A DNA stretch of 63,205 nt, counting the filler, from Pelomyxa schiedti (lineage: Eukaryota > Protista > Evosea), in the NCBI GenBank assembly GCA_020536535.1. It is 6 parts of 6 records of this genome, joined end to end, with 100 filler letters (N's around TTAATTAATTAA, not from the genome) between each part and the next. Parts side by side here need not be neighbours in the genome. Positions count along the whole stretch, not along the records: positions 18,570 to 29,976 come from JAHLWZ010000135.1; positions 30,077 to 43,637 come from JAHLWZ010000437.1; 4 more parts are not named here. One strand, written 5' to 3'. The notes beneath the pieces are model-generated. The model was not told the origin of the DNA, made no database searches, and saw only the letters and a program-made list of their open reading frames with translations. Below, piece after piece: positions 22,853-35,100 of this stretch (positions within the stretch are counted from its first letter, which is position 1; each line of letters opens with the position of its first letter). A program made the position numbers and the translations under genes.

Positions 22853-25800
22853 TTAGGGAACAAAAATCCTGAGGTATGTTCAGGTGAATTGAATGCAAAA
22901 AGGAAAAAAGGAAAAAAAGAGCACAGCATACCAATCACCAGCGAGGTTTGCCCCACTGGAATAAATGTAAAACGCAGCGGATGATCTGAACAGGGACTTG
23001 AGGGGAGCACCCTTGTTCGANNNNNNNNNNNNNNNNNNNNNNNNNNNNNNNNNNNNNNNNNNNNNNNNNNNNNNNNNNNNNNNNNNNNNNNNNNNNNNNN
23101 NNNNNNNNNNNNNNNNNNNNAAGGAAAAAAGGAAAAAAAGAGCACAGCATACCAATCACCAGCGAGGTTTGCCCCACTGGAATAAATGTAAAACGCAGCG
23201 GATGATCTGAACAGGGACTTGAGGGGAGCACCCTTGTTCGATGATGAACTTATTATGCTCGTCGGAATAAACCGCGTCCACAGTCCGTCTGTTGATGCAA
23301 GTGCCCGGAAATCCCGGCAAACCTGTGTGTGTGTCAATTTGAGGGGGGTTTGATACACATACAGCGGAAAGCCGGAAGAGATCCTTTGGATCACAGTATG
23401 AGAAAATGTTCATCCACAGTTCGTGCGGAAGCATCCCAAAAACGTTGCTGAAAAGCTGAAGCCACCACGCATCACCGTGCATCTTTCCTTGTGTGATTGT
23501 GTATGTCAGTGAATCGCATTTCTTGTATTTTGGAGATAACCAACCTGAGGGTGTTCCGGATGGAGTGAGAGCACGACCACCTGCAAGGATCAAAGAACCA
23601 GTCTCCGATGAAAGAAGAGTGTGGAATTCACGAACAGGTGGTGTGTTCCCGATCTCAACTCGTGACCACTCAAGTGTTGTTGCTCCCAACGTGAGTCTGT
23701 GTGGGAGAGGGAGAATCAATTGGAGGAGGAAGAATTATGATGAAGGAGGAAGAAGAGAGAGGGGAATACTTGAACAAAGCCATTGAAGGAGGATTGGCAA
23801 GGGGATCGCAAGAGCACACAAACATTTCATCACCAATCACAGCAGCTGAGTGGCCTCGCATCGGTGGTGGTGTGATCCCTTGGGTTGCTGGTTTCAACCA
23901 CACCTTGGAGGAAATATCTGGTTTTGAAGTTAAAGCTAGGACTTGGGATTGTTCTGATTGTTTTACCGAAAATCCACACATCGTTGAGCCTCCTCCCATT
24001 CAAAATTCCACCTGTGAGCGTGTTGTTTGTGGGGAGGATTTTGGTGAGTCATTGTTGTGGGTTCAAATTGAGGGGGCGTTTTACCGAAGATAATCATGTT
24101 TCCGTTGTGGCAAACAGCGGTGTGGTGGAATCTTCCACTTGGTGCTTGTCTTCCCGGTTTGATTGGAACCTGTGTGGGGAGTGAATATGTGTCAAGGTTC
24201 TCAGGGGAATGCTGATTTTTGTAAAAAAAGAATGCAACGGTTTTCGTGGAAAAGCATGTGAGAAAATACACACTGGAATCCAAGTTTGAGCAGTCAAGTC
24301 GTAACAAGTCACATCCTCACCTTCAATCCCGTTGCAGTCATATCTGCAGCATTGTTCAGCCCAACCCCCACAACATTCATTCTCAAATAATGAGATGGAA
24401 AATGGTTGGTGTTGCTGAGCATACCCTCCAAACACGAACAAGCACTTCGCGAATGAGATCATTGATGAACCATATCGAGGTGAGGGTGATTCTGCACAGT
24501 TTCCTTCTGGAAGAAGTGACCACTCACCTGTGGTCACATTCAGGCAATGCAACGAGTTTGTGTAACTGTTGCTCCTTCCTGTGTGCGGTGTGAACCCCCC
24601 CACAATCAGTGAAGAAGAAATGAATGGAAGAGATGAAAATCGAACCTCCAAAGAGGAACATCAGGTTGTCAACAAACCTGTTTGAGATTGAGTCAAATAA
24701 GAAACTGAGAGGTGAGTGTTATTGTTATTGCCAGACATACGCGGAAGCAGCGAAAGTCATTCCTTTGTAAACAACAGAGTGCCTCGGGTTCTCGTTGCAA
24801 GCTGTGATCCCGAGAGGAATTGGTTGCAACCAACTCCCGCTCGAATATTCGAACCTCAGAACCTCAGGTGCGGGTGGTGCACCCTCGGCACACATTCCAC
24901 CAACTGTGAACAGCACGCTTCCACATCGTGATTGTGTGTGACCGTACCTGTGTGTGTGTGTGTGTGTGTGTTTGTGTGAGAAAAAGTTGAAAAACAATGT
25001 TTGTGTCACCTTGCAGCCACATCAACGTTGGTGAAAAGTGGTGACCATGACGGTCGATGAACTGTGGCTGCAGGCCTTGATGTTCCAATGTGAGGGACAA
25101 CTGCATTCCACAAAGTTCCCTGTTTTTTTTTTTCAGTGTGTGAGTTTATCTCTGGAAGGAAAGTTGAACTGAAGTACCCAAGAAAAAGATGAAACAGATT
25201 GTTTTCTTTTTGAGTGTAGCACTCCAGTTGATCCTGTTGCGGCAATTTTGATTGCACACGTGAAAAGATCTTGAACGTGATCTCCAGTCAATGAACTGGT
25301 CTCAATGTATGCCGACGCGTGAATTTCCCGTGCCATCTGACGATGAACAAGTCAACGAAATGTGAACATGTGATGGGTATTTGTGATAGGATTTACCTCA
25401 GAGGCCATTTCAAAAGAAACAGGTGCCGCACCACGGTCTGCAAGACGCTCAAGGGCATCAGGATCAGTCCTCAGATCACGCTTTGTGCCCACAATGACGA
25501 ATGGGGTTCCAGGGCAATGATGTGAAATCTAAAACAAACGATAACAAACACACTATGGGTTCGCAACAGGATAAAAAAAAATAAGGAGAAGACTCACCTC
25601 AGGGTACCACTATTTGAGCAGAGAATTCAGTGAATGAAGAATCAGAAAAAAAAAAAAAAGGATTTCTGGGTTGATTGTACCTTTTCCCGAACATTCCGAA
25701 AAGAGCAAGGAGAGACAATTGAAAAGCAGACCTTGTGAGTTTATCAGATAAAAATGAAAGCACCAGGACATGACTCATACCAAGAAAAGATCTGTTTGGG

Positions 25801-26330
25801 GATAGCTCAGAGGTCTCAGTCTGTCATAATCTTCCTCGCCTTATGTAACTTCTCAGTTTTTACAAATAGTAATTTTTTTTACTACGAATCACCCACATAA
25901 TAAACAGCACACAACTAAAGTGGGGGGTGTAAACACAGTCACACACACACCAGCAGTGTCCCACAATCCCACACTGTATGGCTGGTCGTTGAACATGACA
26001 TTCACACTGCATGTCGTGTGACTTTACGCCACAAGAAGAGAGGGTAAAAACGGTCTTACTTGTAATTGTCAAACACCTTTGGATAACCGTGTGTCACTCA
26101 AAGTTTGTGAGTGAGATAAAGAAAATGACATACTGTTGGCACGTAGTCTGACGGATACGACCCCGAAGCGTACCTGATGTACATTGCACGTCTTGAACCA
26201 GTGGAAACGAGTTAATTGTGGGAACGGGCCGACAATGCCAACACCAATACTATTACATTAATTAACAAATTGACATTACTTTCCCCACGGCTCCGTCGCC
26301 AACGGCGACCATCTTGAGTGTCCTTATCAT
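22853..26330 (-). CDS. Rac/Rho GTPase-Kelch-F-box fusion, copy 2 (apparent +1 frameshift in exon 2)
   Basis: [17 protein letters not shown] / TC-a-MYIRYASGSYPSDYVPT / VFDNY / ...LWDTAG / [19 protein letters not shown] / VGTKRDLR, Kelch blades, F-box [39 protein letters not shown], ending WIFVP*. Confidence 0.8.
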
Positions 26331-26503
26331 TTTCAATAAAAACAGAAACGCCAACGTTGTTCGCATTTCTGAGAACAAAGCACAGCCAAATAGAAATAGC
26401 AGGGCTGTCTTTTGTTGTACGCGGGGTTTTTACGGCCCCCTTGCACTTGTTGTGGATTTCGCATTAAGTGAGGGGACCGGTTTTGGCCTGTGGTTCTCGT
26501 TTC

Positions 26504-29500
26504 TCAGGGAACAAAAATCCTAAAGTCAAAGGGGTGAATGAATTGTAAATGCAACGGATTTGCACACCAATCACCAGTGAGGTTTGCCCCACTGGCATAA
26601 ATGTAAAAAGCACCGGAAGATCTGAACAGGGACTTGAGGGGAGCACCCTTGTTTGCCGACGAACTGATGATGCTCGTCGGAATGAACCGCGTCCACAGTC
26701 CGTCTGTTGATGCAAGTGCCCGGAAATCCCGGCAAACCTGTGTGTATGTGTGATGTGAGTCAAGTGAATATTCATTGTGAGTTGCGAGCGAAGTGTGAAG
26801 TGGGTGCCCAACGCGTAGGGGGAATTGGTGACGGTCGATGAATGNNNNNNNNNNNNNNNNNNNNNNNNNNNNNNNNNNNNNNNNNNNNNNNNNNNNNNNN
26901 NNNNNNNNNNNNNNNNNNNNNNNNNNNNNNNNNNNNNNNNNNNNAAATCCCGGCAAACCTGTGTGTATGTGTGATGTGAGTCAAGTGAATATTCATTGTG
27001 AGTTGCGAGCGAAGTGTGAAGTGGGTGCCCAACGCGTAGGGGGAATTGGTGACGGTCGATGAATGTGAGGGCTCGATACACATACAGCGGAAATCCGGAA
27101 GAGATCCTTTGGGTCACAGTATGAGAAAATGTTCATCCACAGTTCGTGCGGAAGCATCCCGAAAACGTTGCTGAAAAGCTGAAGCCACCACGCATCACCG
27201 TGCATCTTTCCTTGTGTGGTTGTGTATGTCAGTGAATCGCATTTGTTGTATTTTGGAGAAAAACAACCTGAGGGTGTTCCGGATGGAGTGAGAGCACGAC
27301 CACCTGCAAGGATCAAAGAACCAGTCTCCGATGAAAGAAGAGTGTGGAATTCACGAACAGGTGGTGTGTTCCCAATCTCAACTCGTGTCCATTCAAATGT
27401 CGATCCCAATGTGAGTCTGTGTGTGAGAATCAATTGGAGGAGAGGAATTATGAACTGAGGAAGGAGGAGGAAGAGAGAGAAGAATACTTGAACAAAGCCA
27501 TCGAAGAAGGATTTGCGGGGGGATCACAAGAGCACACAAACATTTCATCACCAATCACAGCAGCTGCGTGGCCTCGCATCGGTGGTGGTGTGATCCCTTG
27601 TGTGGGCGGTTTCAACCATACATTGGTGGAAAGATCTGGGATTGAGAAATTAGAATCAGGATTTGGGATTGTTCTGATTGTTTTACCGAAAATCCACACA
27701 TCGTTGAGCCTCTTCCCATTCAGAATTCCACCTGTGTGTGTTGTGTGGGGAGGATTTTGGTGAGTCATTGTGGTGGGTTCAAATTGAGGGGGCGTTTTAC
27801 CAAAGATAATCATATTTCCGTTGTGGCAAACAGCGGTGTGGTTGAATCTTCCACTTGGTGCTTGTCTTCCTGGTTTGATTGGAACCTTCGTTGGTGTGAA
27901 TGTCTGTGTTTAAAAACAAAGGGGTGCATTTGTGTTGTGAAAAGAAGTTGTCGTGTGTTGTTCTGTAAAAACCACAGGAGAAAACACGCACCGGGATCCA
28001 AGTTTGAGCAGTCAGGTCATAACAAGTCAAGTCCTCACCTGCAATCCCGTTGCAGTCATATCTGCAGCATTGTTTAGAATGAGAATGGTTGAGGTTGATG
28101 AACATACCCTCCAAACACAAACAAACGCTTTGCGAATGAGATCATTGATGAACCATATCGAGGTGAGGGTGATTCTGCACGGTTTCCTTCTGGAAGAAGT
28201 GACCACTCACCTGTGGTCACATTCAGGCAATGCAACGAGTTTGTGTAACTGTTGCTCCTTCCTGTGTGCGGTGTGAACCCCCCCACAATCAGTGAAGAAG
28301 AAATGAATGGAAGAGATGAAAATCGAACCTCCAAAGAGGAACATCAGGTTGTCAACAAACCTGTTTGAGATTGAGTCAAATAAGAAACTGAGAGGTGAGT
28401 GTTATTGTTATTGCCAGACATACGCGGAAGCAGCGAAAGTCATTCCTTTGTAAACAACAGAGTGCCTCGGGTTCTCGTTGCAAGCTGTGATCCCGAGAGG
28501 AATTGGTTGCAACCAACTCCCGCTCGAATATTCGAACCTCAGAACCTCAGGTGCGGGTGGTGCACCCTCGGCACACATTCCACCAACTGTGAACAGCACG
28601 CTTCCACATCGTGATTGTGTGTGACCGTACCTGTGTGTGTGTGTGTGTGTGTGTTTGTGTGAGAAAAAGTTGAAAAACAATGTTTGTGTCACCTTGCAGC
28701 CACATCAACGTTGGTGAAAAGTGGTGACCATGACGGTCGATGAACTGTGGCTGCAGGCCTTGATGTTCCAATGCGAGGGACAACTGCGTTCCACAGAGTT
28801 CCCTGTTTTCCGAAGGTGAGTTTAACTTTATGGGTGATGTGGAACTCGATTAGAGAGAGAGTACCCATGAGAAGGATGGCACAGATTGCTTTCTTCTCGA
28901 GTGTGGCATTCCGGTTGATCCTGTTGTGGCAATTCTGCATACATGTGCGAAAAGATCTTGAACGTGATCCCCAGTCAATGAACTTGTCTCAATGTACGCT
29001 GGAGCATGAAGCTCTCGTGCCATCTGAGGTTAAGATGTCAGGTTTTTGTAATCTCTGATCGAGCTTTACCTCAGAGCCCATTTCAAAAGAAACAGGTGCC
29101 TGACCGCGCTGTATAAGACGCTGAAGGCAAACAGGATCAGTCCTCAAGTCCCGTTTTGTACCAACGATGATGAACGGGGTGGTGGGGCAATGATGAGAGA
29201 TCTAACCGAAATTTTGGTGCAAAAAAGAGGTGCAGGAATATCTCACCTCAGGAAACCACTTGAATGTTGTCCAGAAAAAATTAATTTGGTGAATAAAGAA
29301 GAACAAAGGGATTTATGGTTGTACCTTTGACCGAACGTTCTCTAAAGAAGGAGGTGACATAATTGAAAAACAGACCTTTGGGTGGGGGTCATGACAAAAT
29401 GAAAACACAACTTGCGAATCAAACCAAGAAGAGATCTGTTTGGGGATAGCTCAGTGGTCTCAGTCTGTCATAGTCCTCCTCACCTAAATTTCTGAGTTGC

Positions 29501-29927
29501 AAATAAAATCGAGCACCCCATCCCAAAAAAAAAAAAAAGGAGGTTGTCACACCAGCAGTGTCCCACAATCCCAAATTGTACGGCTTGTTCTCAAACATAA
29601 CATTCGCACTTGATACAGTCACAATTTCATTTCAATCAAACACGCTCCCGCCCTTTTTACCTGTAATTATCAAACACCTTTTGAGTTGTAAGCAACAAAA
29701 GTAGCCGAAAAACCACAACAACTAAAAAAAAACCGTACAGTCGGGATGTACTCTGACGGAAATGAGCCCGTAGTGTAACGTATAAACAGGCAAGTCTTGA
29801 GCAAAAGTCAAAAACCCGCGATATATGTGAATTGTGGGAGGCGCTGCGTAGAACCACAGTGCAACGTAACGTTACACACTTTCCCCACGGCTCCGTCTCC
29901 AACGACAACAATCTTGAGTGCTTGCAT
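26504..29927 (-). CDS. Rac/Rho GTPase-Kelch-F-box fusion, copy 3 (appears intact)
   Basis: G1 GDGAVGKT, switch [15 protein letters not shown]3 [23 protein letters not shown]4 GTKRD, G5 ETSSL. Phase-0 intron 28864-28803 joins to the Kelch exons. C-terminal F-box, then WIFVP*. Confidence 0.88.
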
Positions 29928-30446
29928 TCGTGCCTCCTCGTCTCGTACCCCGCGACCGGTTTTCGCTTTTTATGATNNNNNNNNNNNNNNNNNNNNNNNN
30001 NNNNNNNNNNNNNNNNNNNNTTAATTAATTAANNNNNNNNNNNNNNNNNNNNNNNNNNNNNNNNNNNNNNNNNNNNAAAATAGTTTACAACAAAAAAACC
30101 TGCTCACCAATAATAATCATCTTTGTATGATAGCAGTCACTAAGAACACAAGTAAGGGGAACGCATTGCAAAAAATGAAAAAAAAAAAAAAAAAAAAGAA
30201 AACAAGTGAAAGATGCCAGCCACGTGCCTGACGCCTACTTTCTTCGCACAAAACTGACGCATTGGCTCGGTGACCAAGGGGCTCCCGCTAACATCCAGCA
30301 CCTTCTCCCCACTTCCACTCATTTATTTATTAATGATAAATCCACCCCACACACGCCACGACGTCCCCGCCCGATTTGATTTCGTTTGTTCTTTGAAAGT
30401 CGAGCGACTTGGAATGGAAATAGCTTTTTTAGGGGCTGTGGAATAC

Positions 30447-31700
30447 TCAGTGTTTTAAGGGTGGAGGGTGATTCTGGTCAACCTGAGGGCAGTCGGCTAC
30501 GGTGGTGGACACAAGGCCCGTGGAGGCCTCGAGGGCCGAGGATGAGGCTGATAACACGGCCCGCAGAACCCCTTGGCTTTGCGGTGAGCCAGAGGAAATC
30601 CAGTCTGAAACGAGTGGTGGGAGTGTCAGGAATGCCGGGGGAATGACTGTGGAAGCTGCGGTGAGGGGTGTTGTTATTGGGTGCGGGGTGGAGGATTGCC
30701 AGTTGGACAACATGATGGCAACGTGCGTGAGAACATCGGCTTCATCTGGAGGAATTAAGTGATTCAAAAAAAAAAAAAGGGGTGTTGGAGTACCGTCAAA
30801 GTCGTTGTGGGTTGCTGTTTCGGAAAGAGCTAGTGTTTTATTTGCGCTTCTACATCGAGTGTGTAGTTCTTGAGCGTGCTGGTATGGTATGAGGGTATCC
30901 ATCTGTCAAAGAACATAAGACCACTTTTAATAGGCAAACAACCTTGCCGTGAATTATAAGAACAGGGCATGTGACTTTTTCAATTTCCTTTTTATTGTTG
31001 AATCTCTCCATAACAAAAGCAGCCACTGCTGATCCCACAAGGGTTCTGAAGCTGTTGTTACGCGAAATTATACATAATTGTAATTTACACACTTGCACAA
31101 AGATTTTACAGATAAGTAGGGACTAGTGAGGATAAGTCCTCCTAGGGCAGCGGAAGCAGGATGATTTGCAACAGCACCACACGCAACTCCTGTTCCGATA
31201 GAACGGCCCCACACAAAGATTTGCGATGGTGGAATATGCAGTTCATTGATTAAGAAGAACATAGCTGCATCAATAGATCGTTTGCATCCTCCCTATTATT
31301 GGGCCAGTGAGCGCAAGATTTGTGATATAGTGCACGGAATGGCACCTCAGAAGCAGTCCCAAAGGCAGCACAGAGACCGTAGCCAATGTACTCAACTACA
31401 GCAGTATTACAGCCTAGAGCTCTACCCCAATTTCTCAATTGTGGTCCACAATGACCGATATCCTCTGTTCACATTCAAAAAAGCAAAAAGAGCAACACGA
31501 GCACGGGGTGTACCTCCGTTGCCATGAGCGTATAGGAGAATGGGCCTGTCTGATACGCCGCAAAGATATATTCTCATGCACGTGTAGGCACCGCCGCCCA
31601 ACGGCAACCACACCAAAGGCGGCTCATGGGCTTTTGCGGTAGGTCCATATGACCCCGGGGGTGCTGGGAAAATGAACCTTAATAACTGTTGACCAAACGG
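30447..31700 (-). CDS. ABHD17-like alpha/beta hydrolase (5' end unclear, possibly truncated)
   Basis: LLYAHGNG, VEYIGYG, nucleophile elbow WGRSIGTG, LILTSPYLS, PVLIIHGK-MDTLIP and THND; Ser-Asp-His triad complete. Confidence 0.82.
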
Positions 31701-32159
31701 CGTTCACAAGCACGTGGAATATGAGCGGGGAAAAAAAAAAAGAAAACAGAGAAAAAGTCACACCTGTTGACGAAGCTTGTGTCTTTGATGCTCTGCATTC
31801 GTAAGACTGTAAAAACACCAAGACCGAGGGCAAAAAGAGCTGAAATGGAAACGAACGCGTGTGTTAGCACGAAGTTGTTCGCCGTTATTTTTTTTCTTTA
31901 TGTTTGTGATTGGCACGTTACCTCCACCTGTGAAACCACAATTTGGCAACAAGGCAGGGGAGTGGTGTCAAGGTGTCAATCTCTGGGTAACTCCATTAAC
32001 TTTCCAACTATCTTCTCAAACCAGTAAAACTGCCCGAAATAGATGGACGGGTATTCATTATTTTTTAAAAACCAGGCAACTAAGGTACCCGACACCCAAC
32101 GAAGTCTTTGTCATTATTTTTTAATTACAGGCTACGTAGGGCAACACGTGGTGTCCGAG

Positions 32160-35100
32160 ATGAACCAGGAGGTGTTGGAGCAAATAAAAAAGCGACAAAA
32201 GACGAGCGAGACCACCGAATCTGCGATACCCGCATCGGCGACAGCGACATCGGCCGAGGCGCCAACGACAGGGAGCAGTGGTGCCGTAAAAACGACCAAA
32301 TTCGCCGTGTGGGATCACACAACCAAGAATGGCAAGCCAGTAAAATTCTACGTTACCGTTGACTCGATGGGCACTATAGCGGTATGTATTTGTTTAACTT
32401 CGGAGGGATGCCTTTTTATTTCCTCTGCAATCTTTTAACTTGTTTTTTTTTCCACCACTTCCATTGTGGCTCTCAAGTAAATTGATTCCTAGGATTTGTT
32501 GAGAGCGATTGTTGGGGAGACACATTACACGGAGCACTCGATTACCATTGCCCCATTCACAAATCAAAATCACGATCTCACTGCTTTCCGTGACCACACT
32601 CTTGCACAACTCGGTTTGCTGAAACTTCCTATAGTTATAATAAAGGCTGCCCCTGGTTGTGAGGTGTGATTAGCAATAAGTGTTCTCCCATCTCTTAACA
32701 CCTTTTTTTAAGTTTGTGGGACCAATGACCCAGCAAGCAATGCACGAGGGTATGCTGTTTCTTTTCCTTGTAGTAAATAATTCCTCATAGTGGGTGCAAT
32801 TCGACTTGGTGCCTCTCGTGGTGACGACCCTATGGACACATCCCATTCCTCTGCAGTGGTTCCTTATACAGGATCAGCATCCTCCACTGCCTCATCTGGT
32901 AGTGGGTGGGGTTGGTTCAGCAATTGGTCATATAGTACAACTAAGTCTTCTACTGGCTACGTTGGGCTAGCCAACCAGGGGGCAACATGTTATATGAACA
33001 GTTTGATCCAAGTGAGTACATGGCTCCTAAAGGAAAACCTCACAAAAGAAAAGAGTTTGTTCATGACACCTGAGTTCAGGCGGGCAGTATATAACTGGTC
33101 CTTTGAAGACAAGTATGCTCGTGACCTTGCTGCCAAGGAAAAGGCAGCGGCTGAAGCAGCTGCTAGTACTGCTACTGGGGAACAACTAGCACCTACTGCT
33201 GCCTCAGCCTCAACTGGTGAGACTCCCCTCTTTTCTAAACCAACTCATTTATCTGCAGGGAAAGCTGCTCCGAAACGTATTTTATCCAGCGTAACCTATT
33301 ATTCACTAATGCTCCCAATAGAAGTACTGAATAAAGATGGCACACCAGAGACATATAGACAAAGAAAGGAGCGCCTGTCAATTCCTCTGCACCTCCAGAA
33401 GCTATTTTTGCGACTACAGACTTCTGAAAAGCGTGCCGTCCAAACCAAGGTATCATACTTCCCTGACCAAACAACTACAAAAACCACAAAAAAGGGTCTC
33501 ACAAAGAGTTTTGGCTGGAATGACGCTGAAGCATTTACTCAGCACGATGTGCAAGTAATATTGTCTGAGTATTTTAAATACCTTTTCAGCAGCCTGTAGG
33601 AGCTCTGCAGAGTATTGTTTGATGCTCTTGAGGAAAACTTCACACATACTGATCAAGCCAATCTTATAAACAAGCTCTGGCAAGGGAAGATGAAAGACTA
33701 TGTTAAATGCCTGGTATTCCTTATCAACTAGTTTCCAGTCTTACTAGTGAAGGAATGTGGTACAGAATCGGCCAGGCAAGACACCTACCTCGATATTGCA
33801 CTTGATGTTAAAGGCTTCGGCCAGGCTGTTGCTGTTAAGAGTATACAAGAAGTACGCCCATGAATGCTCATTCCGTAAAAATGACCGATTTTAAAGGCAC
33901 TGGCAAAATATATTCAACCAGAGATTCTTGAAGGAAGAGATCAGTACAGTTGCGAAAAATGTCACAAGAAAGTGAATGCGAAGAAGGGGCTTGCTTTTGT
34001 CAATTTCCCATATTTCCTCATGTTGCAACTGAAGAGATTTACTTTTGATTTTGCAACAGTATGTAGAATTCCTCAGTAACTAGCTCACATTTGTAGGATA
34101 GGAGAGTTAAACTAAATGACCGCGTTGTTTTTCCTTTATTTTTGGATATTAACGATTTCTTGGAAGGTGGGCACATTTCTCATCTCATTTCCAAAAAAAT
34201 TAATCAAAACCAGGAAATGAAGAAGTTGCTCAAACTAAGTACATCACCTCCGAAATACCGGTGTTCGATCCCAGACAAGAGCGTCCCGTTCCTACACCAG
34301 AGCGCCCCTATGTGTATGAGTTATATGCCATTCTGATTCACCGTGGAAGGTAAATCCTTTTCCCGCACTTTTGTACTTAGGTGCATTCAGTGCTCTGGGG
34401 GGACACTATTATGCATACATCAAGGTAAGTGTCATATCCTAAAATCCGAAGTAAAAATCTGCAGGCGTTTGATAAAAATAAATGGTTTGAGTTCAACGAT
34501 AGTACTGTTGTTGAGATCTCGTTTGATGATATTGAAAAGAGGTAATTTCTTTTTCTCCTTTAATTTCCAACATTAAATAGCTTTGGACAAGATGACGACG
34601 ACTCTACCCCCAGTAGAGGTGGGTGGTTCAGTGCGTTTAAATCTGGTGCCAATGCCTACATGCTTATGTACCGAAGAAGTGCGGCTGTTCCTTTCTTTAA
34701 TCGAGCACTAAAATATTCTAGTTGACCCCTCGAACCAAAGCATTCCCACCAAAGAAGATCTTTCGCCATCCTTACTAAAACAACTCGAAGAAGATACAGC
34801 AAGGCAATTATTCCGTTTTCCTCTTCATATTTAACACTATCTAGGTCAAAGGCTAAAGCGGAGAAAGAGAAACTTGAGAGAGAAACTTATAATGTGCGGA
34901 TTTATTTCAAGGGACAGGAAAAGACTCTTTCCGTTCACAAATCGGTTTCATTCCGAGATGCATTGGTATTAAAACTTTGTTCTTGTTTTACAACTGATCC
35001 CAGTAGATGAAAGCTGCTGAAATGTTTGGGCAGCAGCACAGACCACTTGACTGCATACGAGTAAGGCAATATCAACCCCAAAGTGATGTTCCCCTTGACC

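Noticed and set aside
19780-28410. In-frame stops ending many Kelch/Rac ORFs, suggesting recoding or an alternative genetic code
   Set aside because: Those I checked fall inside short GT-AG introns whose removal restores the frame under the standard code.
22437-29963. ACCGGTTTT upstream of all three Rac-fusion starts
   Set aside because: Short, at inconsistent distance in copy 2, and explainable by recent duplication or chance.
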